Assembly: GCA_043718025.1 (NCBI GenBank)
Contig: JAYSWN010000145.1
Coordinates: 1 to 24,948 of the forward strand
DNA: 24,948 nt
From: Pseudomonadota bacterium
GTDB taxonomy: Bacteria; Bdellovibrionota; FAC87; UBA2466
Direction: 5' to 3'
Below the pieces are notes generated by a model. The model saw nothing but the letters and a program-made list of their open reading frames with translations, did no database searches and had not been told where the DNA came from. Shown here one piece after another: positions 17,632 to 24,948 of this stretch. Position 1 is the first letter of the stretch, and every line of letters starts with the position of its first letter. Made by a program: the position numbers and the translations under genes.

Positions 17632-19235
17632 AAAATGCGTTTCTGATCCTTTTGGGTTTCATTGGAATTTCTGCCCAAGCGACGCGGTGGGATTCGGGCA
17701 TTGCGGCGAAGGCGACCAAACCGCATCCTGGCGTAAACGGCATTTCGTTTTACACCCGTATTTCGACTAATGAACGGCATAACGCCGCCTTCACCAACCC
17801 CAATTGTGTGTTGTTACACGGCCACGGCGTAACCCAAGACCTGCTCGACACCGCATTTGCTCCGCTCGAAGGCCAGCTGCCGATGGCTGAAATTCCGGCG
17901 GATTTTCCTATCCCTCCGGGGCTCTTGCCGTCCAAACTGGTTGAACGCATTCAAAGTTTTAGCGAGTTGGATTCGGTCTCGGCGTTTGCCAATTTCTACT
18001 TCGGCGAGCCGCTGATCAAAAATCTATTGCGGACTTCGTGCGGACAGATCTGGGTTCTGGTGCAGGAAACGGTTCAGAGCAGTATTTTTGAAATGACGCT
18101 AAGGACCGAACGGTTTCTGAAGGAAGTTGCGTGTCGGGAAAAATGCGCGGTGCTAGGCCACTCTAAGTCGGGCGCCGCGATTACGGCGGCATTACGCCGT
18201 TGCGGCGAAAAAACTTCGACCCTCGGCGAGGCCGGATGCCGCAATCTTTCGGAGATCTACTCGGCGTCGGGCGTAAACGAAGGCGTCGGCGTCACCCTAG
18301 CCCTAATTGGAGCTAAGAAGGCACAGGAGAATGAGGCGGCGATTGCGGCGCTGGCCCGAAGCCTATTCAATCCAACCGAAGCACTGCAGGAGAGCTTTCG
18401 CAAAGTGCGCCTCGTGAACGCGGTCGGCGGCCTGTTTAAAATTGATATCCTTGGCGACAAGCTTGCCGACACGAACCCCCTCTGGTTTGACCTTGGCCCC
18501 TTAGCGGAAATGGAAGGCGGCAAACCTATCGCGGTGGTTCAAGGAGAAGGCTTTGTTCCCCAGAGAATCGGTTGGATCGCAAACACCGAGTACACCGCTA
18601 GCGGTACCTCCTTTCGTTTCGATAAAGTGAAGTACGAGGGCTTTACCGGCCCGGCCGGTATCACGAACTATCGTTTGCAAGACCCCTTGGCGGCGTTTGT
18701 GTCGATTGGCACCTTACCGACGCATGAACGACGTCCTGAGCTGCTTGGCGGCCCGATAGGCGAACAACTAAAGAAACGTTTTGGCTTTGGGGACATGGCT
18801 AAATTAAAAGCGCTTTTAGATTTCTGGTGGGAGCCCTACCTCTACGCCCAAGAATTTGCGGATGTAATTATGCGCACCAGCATGGCCGATCTGCACGGGG
18901 ATCCCAAGATGGCCATCGCCTATGCGTTAGGGCATGCCGAAGTGTCGGCAAAATCTGAGGCTTTAGCCGTAGCTATGCGGCGCTGGTCTTTATTTCCCGA
19001 CGCAAAAAAACCACTCATCAACGTCGCCTTCAACGAATCAGACGGCTTAGTCGAAGTGGGCAGTGCGCTCGGGGCATGTAATCGCGGCAAACTGGTTGCA
19101 CCAACGTTACGAATCGTTGATGACTGTCAGGTTTACGACCGACTGCATCACTTAGGCGTCACTGGCGTGTCGCATGAGTCGCAACAACACATTCAAAAAG
19201 CTTTCTCGACGCGTCGGTCAGTAAGAAGTTTTTAG
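17628..19235 (+). CDS. exported alpha/beta hydrolase (lipase or acyltransferase-like)
   Basis: ATGA overlap with the patatin gene; signal peptide ending AQA; VLLHGHG, VLGHSKSG, ESDGLV, LHH in Ser-Asp-His order; 8 Cys. Confidence 0.8.
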   Translation: MKNAFLILLGFIGISAQATRWDSGIAAKATKPHPGVNGISFYTRISTNERHNAAFTNPNCVLLHGHGVTQDLLDTAFAPLEGQLPMAEIPADFPIPPGLLPSKLVERIQSFSELDSVSAFANFYFGEPLIKNLLRTSCGQIWVLVQETVQSSIFEMTLRTERFLKEVACREKCAVLGHSKSGAAITAALRRCGEKTSTLGEAGCRNLSEIYSASGVNEGVGVTLALIGAKKAQENEAAIAALARSLFNPTEALQESFRKVRLVNAVGGLFKIDILGDKLADTNPLWFDLGPLAEMEGGKPIAVVQGEGFVPQRIGWIANTEYTASGTSFRFDKVKYEGFTGPAGITNYRLQDPLAAFVSIGTLPTHERRPELLGGPIGEQLKKRFGFGDMAKLKALLDFWWEPYLYAQEFADVIMRTSMADLHGDPKMAIAYALGHAEVSAKSEALAVAMRRWSLFPDAKKPLINVAFNESDGLVEVGSALGACNRGKLVAPTLRIVDDCQVYDRLHHLGVTGVSHESQQHIQKAFSTRRSVRSF

Positions 19236-19372
19236 CTACTTAAATCACCACGCTCCAAAAATAGACGCGGCGCTCTTCATTCAGCCTAGAATTTTTTTTC
19301 CCGTTTGAGCCAAATCGGTTCCGCGCAGAGAAGTTTTGTCTCATCGTTTTCAACTTTCAGCCTCAAATTAAT

Positions 19373-19388
19373 CGGCACGCTTCCTGCT
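19373..19388 (+). promoter_or_regulatory. sigma54 (-24/-12) promoter
   Basis: CGGCACGCTTCCTGCT with GG-N10-GC spacing and GGCACG core, ending 41 nt before ATG 19430. Confidence 0.65.
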
Positions 19389-19429
19389 TTAGCAGCGAAG
19401 TGAAACTAATTAACTTGGGGAGTTTGAAA

Positions 19430-20185
19430 ATGAATTTTCGAATCAGTAACGTCTCTACTTTTTTACTCACACTTTTTTACATTGGAATAATTTCAGTGTC
19501 GGCCGCCAAGGCCGATGATTTTGTTGCGGAAGAGGTAAACATTTCGGCACAAGCTCTCTTTGTTCCAAATGGCTTTGATGACAACGACGAGGTAACCGTC
19601 ATTCTAGATGGGTACTTACCCGACCCGTGCCATCGCCTTACCGATCCGGAGGTGATCAAAAACAACGACACAAAGTTGGTAACCGTTCAGGCGAAGGCCC
19701 TACTATTTAAGGGAGAATGTCCCGATGTGATTGTTCCTTTCACTCAAGAAGTGAAAGTGGGGCGTCTAGAAAAAGGAGAATATTTAGTTCTCTCTAAAGA
19801 TGGTCGCCACAAAGAACGGATGCAGGTTGCGCCGGCGCAGTACCCCTATCCCGACGACTATATGTACGCCGCGGTAGAAAAGGTAACCGTGAAAAACGAC
19901 TCTCCCCATAAGTTTTCGGCTACGCTCGAAGGCAGGCTAACCAACAGTTGCTTGAAATTACAAAAACCAAAAGTGATCCCCACGGGGAAAACGGTTCAGG
20001 TGCTGCCGATCATGGACTACGTGAAACCGACCGATCCCGCCGTAAAATGCCAACGCATTGAAAAACCGTTTTCAATGGAAGTGGAGATACCGGAACCAGC
20101 AAAGGCGGGTCGCTACCTACTTCACGTGCGAAGTCTTAACGGGCAAGCCGTAAATGAAGTTTTTCAACGGCCTATTAAAAACTAA
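19430..20185 (+). CDS. exported two-repeat beta protein with GFDxND motif
   Basis: GGGGAG Shine-Dalgarno; signal peptide ending AKA; FVPNGFDDNDEV; two copies of LxGxLxxxC...CxxxxxPFxxEV...GxYL; ends GRYLLHVRSLNG. Confidence 0.88.
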   Translation: MNFRISNVSTFLLTLFYIGIISVSAAKADDFVAEEVNISAQALFVPNGFDDNDEVTVILDGYLPDPCHRLTDPEVIKNNDTKLVTVQAKALLFKGECPDVIVPFTQEVKVGRLEKGEYLVLSKDGRHKERMQVAPAQYPYPDDYMYAAVEKVTVKNDSPHKFSATLEGRLTNSCLKLQKPKVIPTGKTVQVLPIMDYVKPTDPAVKCQRIEKPFSMEVEIPEPAKAGRYLLHVRSLNGQAVNEVFQRPIKN

Positions 20186-20207
20186 AACTGAAAAGGTTTT
20201 CTTTAGC

Positions 20208-20241
20208 GAGGTCAGCCCCAACCGGCTGACCTCTTTTTTTT
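20208..20241 (+). terminator. Rho-independent terminator
   Basis: 10-bp stem GAGGTCAGCC / GGCTGACCTC, 6-nt loop, then T8; lies between convergent genes. Confidence 0.9.
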
Positions 20242-20250
20242 GGGATCGCC

Positions 20251-21045
20251 CTAACGGACTGGGCCGAAAGGGAAAAAGGCAGGTACTGATTCAATGTATT
20301 CAGCGTAACCGGGCTTGCTTACGGCAAGCTGTTTCTCCAGCAAAGAGACTCCCGACACCCTGAGCAGCAAAAACGTCATCAATAGGGGACTAAACACCGT
20401 ATAAAATCCGGACGTGGTATTTAAACTGATGAGCCAAAAACCCCACCACAAGCAGGCCTCGCCAAAGTAATTGGGGTGACGACTTAAATTCCAAAGTCCA
20501 CTTCGACAAACTTGGCCACGGTTTTTGGGGTTACGCTTGAAACTAGCCATTTGATAGTCGGCCACCGTTTCGAAAATAAGGCCCCCACTCCACACAAAGA
20601 GTCCGGCCCAATCCCATACGCCGGCCTCGGTGGTCTGCGAAAACAACAATACCGAAATCAACGGCGCACTCACCAGCCAAAGAATAAATCCCTGCAGCAA
20701 AAAAACGGTAAACAGACTCGTCCACCAAAAGCGAACTCCCGCTTGGCGACGCATCTCCCGGTAACGCGCGTCCTCGGGCTTATTCGAGTTCCGAAGGTGA
20801 ATGTAGATCGAGAGCCTAAGGCCCCACAGCAAGACAAGCAGGAGAACGAGCACCGCCCGAAAGGTGAGAAAGCCACTCTCAAAAGATTGAAACCCGTACA
20901 ACGCGCAAAAACCCAGTCCCCAAAATCTATCGACGATGCTGGCGTCTTTGATAACTAAGCTTAAGCTCCAAACCGCAGTCATTAGAACAAGCGCAACGGC
21001 TAATAGCTCTAAGTAATTGATTAAAGGAGGGACCAAAGTTTCCAT
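20251..21045 (-). CDS. DUF1295 family membrane protein (steroid 5-alpha reductase-like)
   Basis: SIVDRFWG, WGLRLS, EDARY, FETVADYQM, GLWNLSRHPNYFGE, SGVSLLE, FFP. Confidence 0.93.
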   Translation of the reverse strand: METLVPPLINYLELLAVALVLMTAVWSLSLVIKDASIVDRFWGLGFCALYGFQSFESGFLTFRAVLVLLLVLLWGLRLSIYIHLRNSNKPEDARYREMRRQAGVRFWWTSLFTVFLLQGFILWLVSAPLISVLLFSQTTEAGVWDWAGLFVWSGGLIFETVADYQMASFKRNPKNRGQVCRSGLWNLSRHPNYFGEACLWWGFWLISLNTTSGFYTVFSPLLMTFLLLRVSGVSLLEKQLAVSKPGYAEYIESVPAFFPFGPVR

Positions 21046-21095
21046 TGAGAAAAGGTGCCCGAAGAGTGTTGATTTGGAAAGCCCGTTGGTCGTGG

Positions 21096-22217
21096 TTAAG
21101 CAAGCGACGAGGGAGAAGACTTACCCAACTGATTCACCAGCGATTGGTCGCGCTCCGTGACGAAATTGACCACGAGCCCCTGACGTCCGGCTCGGGCGGT
21201 ACGCCCGACGCGGTGGATATAGTTCTCCATCTCTCGGGGTAAATGGTAATTGATGACGCGGTCAACGTGTTCCACATCTAACCCACGACCGGCCAGATCG
21301 GTGGAGATCAACAGATTGACCTCACCCTTGCGAAACGATCGTAAATTTGTACGACGCTTTATCTTATCCATTTCACCGCGATAGACTAGGCATTCGTGCC
21401 CATTCTGGCGCAACTCGTTGGCAACTTGGTCGCATTGATCGCGGGTGTTTGTAAAAATAAGGGTTCCCCCCTTTGCCGGTGTGGCGAGCACTTGTTGCAG
21501 GAGCGGGAAACGCCTGCCGTCATGCACCGTGCGATTCAGCGTGGTGAGCGTAGGCACGAGCCTATGACTGCCCTGACTGCGAAACACCTCTACCCCCGCG
21601 AAGAGTCCTTTGATCAAACTCTGCACCGCCGGTGATACGGTTGCAGAAAAAAGGGCAAGCTGGCGATTGGCCGGACAAACACTAACGATGCGCTCGGCAT
21701 CGGGTAAAAAACCGCTATCTAGCATTTGATCGGCTTCGTCGAACACGAGAAGGCGAGTGTCACTTAGGTTCACCAGCTCGCGATCAAGGAGTTGAATCAG
21801 GCGCCCCGGCGTGGCGACTAAAACTTCGAACATTCCCGCCACATTCTTTTTGGCCACCGGAAAGGCCGTACCGCCTAGCACGGTGCGCACTCGTAAACGG
21901 GTGTCATGCGTGAAGCCCTTAAACACTTTCGCGACCTGCTCGCCCAATTCGCGAGTGGGAACCACCACCACCGCTCGCGGCTGGCTTTCAACCACAATCT
22001 TTCGACCGTCATTCTCGAGTGTTTTAAGTTGATTCAAAATGGGCAGCGCATAGGCCAAGGTTTTACCGCTGCCGGTCTCGGCCACTCCCACCAGCGAACG
22101 TCCGCCCAGAAGTATCGGCAGAGCGTGAGCCTGAATTTCGGTGGGCTTACCAAAGCCCTTTTCGGCCAAAGAGGTCTTCAGAGAGGTAAGCAGGTTAAAT
22201 TGGGAAAATGAGTTCAT
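21096..22217 (-). CDS. DEAD-box RNA helicase (core only)
   Basis: Q motif GFGKPTEIQ, AETGSGKT, PTREL, TPGR, DEAD, SAT, RGLD, HRVGRTARAG. Alternative GTG start at 22241. Confidence 0.96.
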   Translation of the reverse strand: MNSFSQFNLLTSLKTSLAEKGFGKPTEIQAHALPILLGGRSLVGVAETGSGKTLAYALPILNQLKTLENDGRKIVVESQPRAVVVVPTRELGEQVAKVFKGFTHDTRLRVRTVLGGTAFPVAKKNVAGMFEVLVATPGRLIQLLDRELVNLSDTRLLVFDEADQMLDSGFLPDAERIVSVCPANRQLALFSATVSPAVQSLIKGLFAGVEVFRSQGSHRLVPTLTTLNRTVHDGRRFPLLQQVLATPAKGGTLIFTNTRDQCDQVANELRQNGHECLVYRGEMDKIKRRTNLRSFRKGEVNLLISTDLAGRGLDVEHVDRVINYHLPREMENYIHRVGRTARAGRQGLVVNFVTERDQSLVNQLGKSSPSSLA

Positions 22218-22427
22218 AAAATACCGCTGCCTTCTTACCACGGCCTCCCCTCACTACTCTAGTGACGTATTTTGGCACTATAGCCGTTCTCTAAGTTAGA
22301 TTGCGGCCCAAGCAAATTCGTCACTCAGCATGGGCAAACATCTTCAAGGCACTCGATTACGATCGCTCGCCCTCGAGGATTTTGCTTTGCCGTGTCGGCC
22401 GAAGCGGACAAATTTCGGCAAGGCGAA

Positions 22428-22455
22428 AGGGATAAGATAGGCTATAATTATCCCT
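22428..22455 (+). promoter_or_regulatory. -10 box embedded in an inverted repeat
   Basis: AGGGATAA-N12-TTATCCCT surrounding a perfect TATAAT (22443-22448), upstream of ATG 22478. Confidence 0.45.
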
Positions 22456-22477
22456 CTCCCTTACTCCCGATACTACT

Positions 22478-23569
22478 ATGACCTCCAAACTCTATAGCAA
22501 CTACCCGCAATCGAAGCTCAAAGAACGCGAAAAAAATTTGACGGTGTTCGACCCTTCGAATCTTAATCCCCCATTTCCTAAAAACTGCCTCGTTGAACTC
22601 TCGAACTCCTGTAATCACGCTTGCATCTTTTGCACCAACCCACGCATGGTCCGCAAAAAGGGTTTTCTTGATATTGCCCTTTTCCGTCGATTTGTGGACC
22701 AGGCGGTTAAGCTGGGACTTGAAGAACTAGGCCTGTACACGACAGGCGAGCCGTTTCTCAGTAAAAATCTTGCCGAATTCGTGTCTGAGGCAAAGCGCGC
22801 GGGGGTGAAGTACGTCTATATTACAACTAACGGTGCGCTAGCGACCCCGAAGCGCGCCAAAGAGGTGATCGACGCGGGCGTCTCGTGCCTCAAGTTCTCA
22901 ATCAACGCGGCAAGCGCAAAGTCGTACGAGCTTGTCCACGGTAAGGACGACTTTAAGGCGGTAATCGACAACGTGCGGTTCATATCCGAGTACCGCAAGA
23001 CTTCGGCTCCGCACCTCGTTCTCTTCGCCTCCTGCGTAGTGACCAAGTTCGTTGAAGGCGAGATGGAGGCACTCAAAAAGATGCTACTTCCCCTTATTGA
23101 CGAGCTCACCTTTCACGGCGTGGGCAATCAGGGGGGGCAAGAAATCCCCGAGCTGATGCAACTGCGCTCGTCGATGAGCGATGCTGTTCCGGCTCCCGGT
23201 CAGGCGCCACCTTGCTACATGCTTTGGAACCGAATTCACCTGACCTGGGAGGGGTACCTCACTCTCTGCTGCGTCGATTACGAAGATTTACTTACTTACG
23301 CTGATCTCAACGATCCCAAGACCAACCTCATCGATGCTTGGAATAACCAGGTTATAAGGGAGATGCGCAAAAGGCATCAAACTCAGCAACTAGGTAAAAC
23401 CCTCTGCCAAAACTGTCTCTACAACACCAAAGAAAAGATCTATCCCATTTCAACCATCGGTCACGTCTCCACCATCGTGGAGGGAAAGTCGGATCGTCCG
23501 GCCGGTGTCAATTCGGTACTCGATCGAATTCAAACGCTCGACGAGCTATCGCGTAAAAAGACTGATTGA
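22478..23569 (+). CDS. radical SAM protein with SPASM/twitch-type C-terminal domain
   Basis: CNHACIFC (CxxxCxxC), TGEP, ITTNG, then CYMLWNRIHLTWEGYLTLCC and CQNC. Confidence 0.93.
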   Translation: MTSKLYSNYPQSKLKEREKNLTVFDPSNLNPPFPKNCLVELSNSCNHACIFCTNPRMVRKKGFLDIALFRRFVDQAVKLGLEELGLYTTGEPFLSKNLAEFVSEAKRAGVKYVYITTNGALATPKRAKEVIDAGVSCLKFSINAASAKSYELVHGKDDFKAVIDNVRFISEYRKTSAPHLVLFASCVVTKFVEGEMEALKKMLLPLIDELTFHGVGNQGGQEIPELMQLRSSMSDAVPAPGQAPPCYMLWNRIHLTWEGYLTLCCVDYEDLLTYADLNDPKTNLIDAWNNQVIREMRKRHQTQQLGKTLCQNCLYNTKEKIYPISTIGHVSTIVEGKSDRPAGVNSVLDRIQTLDELSRKKTD

Positions 23570-23633
23570 AGTCCTTCTAATGGAATCCGGTTTTCGTGTC
23601 GGTAGGCCGAATGCAACCGCCGCAACCATCCGT

Positions 23634-24797
23634 TTAGGCGGCTTCGCTGACGGGCGCAGCAGAGGTGAACGAAACTATTTGATTCTTCCCTTTTTCTTTA
23701 GCCTGGTACATCGCAATGTCGGCCTGCTTAATCAAGGCCTGCGACGTCAGGGTAGAAGGCACAAGCATAGATATTCCTATACTTGCGCTGATGGTCAGGC
23801 GGCCATTGCCGGGAAGTCTGACCGGAGTTTTCAAAGAGGCGAGGATGCGCTCGCCCACAACTTCGGCGCCCCGATGCCCCAGCGTCTGCGGCAGAATTAC
23901 CACAAATTCGTCGCCTCCCAAGCGCGCCGGAATATCACCTTTTCGTATGGAAAGTCTCAAGCGCTCCGAAAATTCTTTCAACACCAAATCTCCAGCCTCA
24001 TGACCCATGGTGTCGTTCACCGCTTTGAAACCATCTAAATCGATAAAAAGAAGGGCCAGGTCGGGACAGGGCGTGCGGATGGCCAGGGCAAAGGAGTGGC
24101 CCATTAATTCCTCAAAAAGCGCCCGGTTGGCCAAACCGGTGAGCTCATCGTAGTGGGCTTGTTCTTTGAACTTTTCCGCCTGTGACTTGGCTTCGCGTAA
24201 CTTGTATTCAAGAAGTTCGAGCTGCAAAACTTCGGCATTTGCTTTCTGCTGACGTAGCAATTCAAGCGTCTTTCGCCGCGCGGAGATAATAAAAAAGAAA
24301 GTCACGTGCACGGTAACCAAGCCCGCAATGGCGATCAGGGTTACCTCGATCGGAGCAGTGACTCGACTCGCCACGGTGGTGGCACAGGCTAAATTAAAAA
24401 CGGAGAAAACTAGATAATCTAGCTGCTGGAAAAACAGTCCCGAAAGCGCGCAAGAAAATACGATGCAACCAATGGCGTAGACAATGGAAAAGTTGGCCTG
24501 AAAGGTTAGATAATAAAAGTGACCCGTCATCAACAGAATAAATCCTAGCGAAATTCTCTGAATGTGATCCCTCACGGCCCGGCTTACATAGCTCAGGGCG
24601 AGAACCACACCAAATAGAAAGCCCACAAAAAGGCGCTGGCCCCAGTCATCGAAGGCTTCGGGCAGCGCGAGGCGAAGGAACAGGCTCCAGCTCGGATATA
24701 AGACTGCGCACAGCACAAGAACCGTACGATGCACCACAAGATGATGATCCGGAGCACTGATGCCGTTAGTTCGGCCTGATTGAGTTAGTGAATTCAT
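23634..24797 (-). CDS. membrane-anchored diguanylate cyclase (GGDEF)
   Basis: About 6 N-terminal TM segments, coiled-coil linker, YDELTGLANR, IDLDGFKAVNDTMGHEAGD, I-site RKGD five residues before GGDEF, ADIAMYQAK. Confidence 0.96.
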   Translation of the reverse strand: MNSLTQSGRTNGISAPDHHLVVHRTVLVLCAVLYPSWSLFLRLALPEAFDDWGQRLFVGFLFGVVLALSYVSRAVRDHIQRISLGFILLMTGHFYYLTFQANFSIVYAIGCIVFSCALSGLFFQQLDYLVFSVFNLACATTVASRVTAPIEVTLIAIAGLVTVHVTFFFIISARRKTLELLRQQKANAEVLQLELLEYKLREAKSQAEKFKEQAHYDELTGLANRALFEELMGHSFALAIRTPCPDLALLFIDLDGFKAVNDTMGHEAGDLVLKEFSERLRLSIRKGDIPARLGGDEFVVILPQTLGHRGAEVVGERILASLKTPVRLPGNGRLTISASIGISMLVPSTLTSQALIKQADIAMYQAKEKGKNQIVSFTSAAPVSEAA

Positions 24798-24824
24798 TCG
24801 AAGCTCAGATCCCTCGTTCTCCCT

Positions 24825-24852
24825 TTATCGGTAAAAAGGAGAAAAAGCTCAA
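24825..24852 (-). promoter_or_regulatory. possible sigma28 (FliA) promoter for the diguanylate cyclase
   Basis: Minus strand TTGAG-N15-ACCGATAA. The -10 matches GCCGATAA at 7 of 8; the -35 is weak. Confidence 0.35.
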
Positions 24853-24868
24853 TGCTCTGTGAATACCC

Positions 24869-24914
24869 GGCGACTTTGTCGCCCCCCTTTTCCCCAGCGA
24901 AAATGTCGCCCCCC
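24869..24914. repeat. tandem palindromic boxes (operator or enhancer pair)
   Basis: GGCGAC-TTT-GTCGCC (24869-24883, perfect) and AGCGAA-AAT-GTCGCC (24896-24910), 27 bp apart; both contain TGTCGCCCCCC. Confidence 0.6.
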
Positions 24915-24948
24915 ACTAAACTAAGCCTCTGAAATTCATCATGAGTTG

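Noticed and set aside
1986..21045. Sterol pathway linking the desaturase and DUF1295 genes
   Set aside because: The genes are about 17 kb apart, both families are widespread in bacteria without sterols, and no cyclase or epoxidase is present.
5114..22241. Longest-ORF starts at 5114, 9500, 9556, 13886 (both strands), 15919, 19400 and 22241
   Set aside because: Downstream ATGs fit better with Shine-Dalgarno sites, signal peptides or translational coupling; 22241 remains possible.
22272..22290. TTGGCAC sigma54 -24-like element
   Set aside because: No GC at the -12 position.
22330..22430. Possible c-di-GMP-I riboswitch (GGGCAAAC near a cyclase gene)
   Set aside because: The GAAA-capped stem and following GCAAAG element are not arranged as required.
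23505..24038. Plus-strand ORFs of 177 aa and 95 aa
   Set aside because: Antisense shadows of the GGDEF domain.
1..24948. CRISPR array, tRNA, rRNA, IS or prophage
   Set aside because: No periodic repeats, cloverleaf, transposase, integrase or phage genes seen; all intergenic gaps are under 300 bp.

Overview
Gene-dense bacterial window (about 50% GC by eye) with 18 likely CDS. I found no rRNA, tRNA, CRISPR array or mobile element. Recognisable families are an M20 peptidase (cut by the left edge), a sterol desaturase-family protein, MscS, a RoxA-like di-haem cytochrome c, a triacylglycerol lipase, a divergent patatin-like protein, an alpha/beta hydrolase, DUF1295, a DEAD-box helicase, a radical SAM/SPASM protein and a membrane GGDEF diguanylate cyclase. 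Many signal-peptide orphans, a GFDxND duplicated-domain protein and sigma54/sigma28-type motifs suggest a Bdellovibrionota/Oligoflexia-like host (inference, not tested). The most notable region is 11200-19235, a divergent five-gene cluster of exported proteins: lipase plus RoxA-like cytochrome on the minus strand, and a translationally coupled trio of a possible tubular lipid-binding protein, an Asp-less patatin and an alpha/beta hydrolase on the plus strand. It is a candidate extracellular lipid or hydrophobic-polymer attack system. Also notable are a terminal C-x(2-3)-L motif shared by four exported orphans, two clean sigma54 promoters (one with an NtrC-like enhancer) and apparent leaderless promoters. 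All family calls come from motif recognition by eye; no searches were run.
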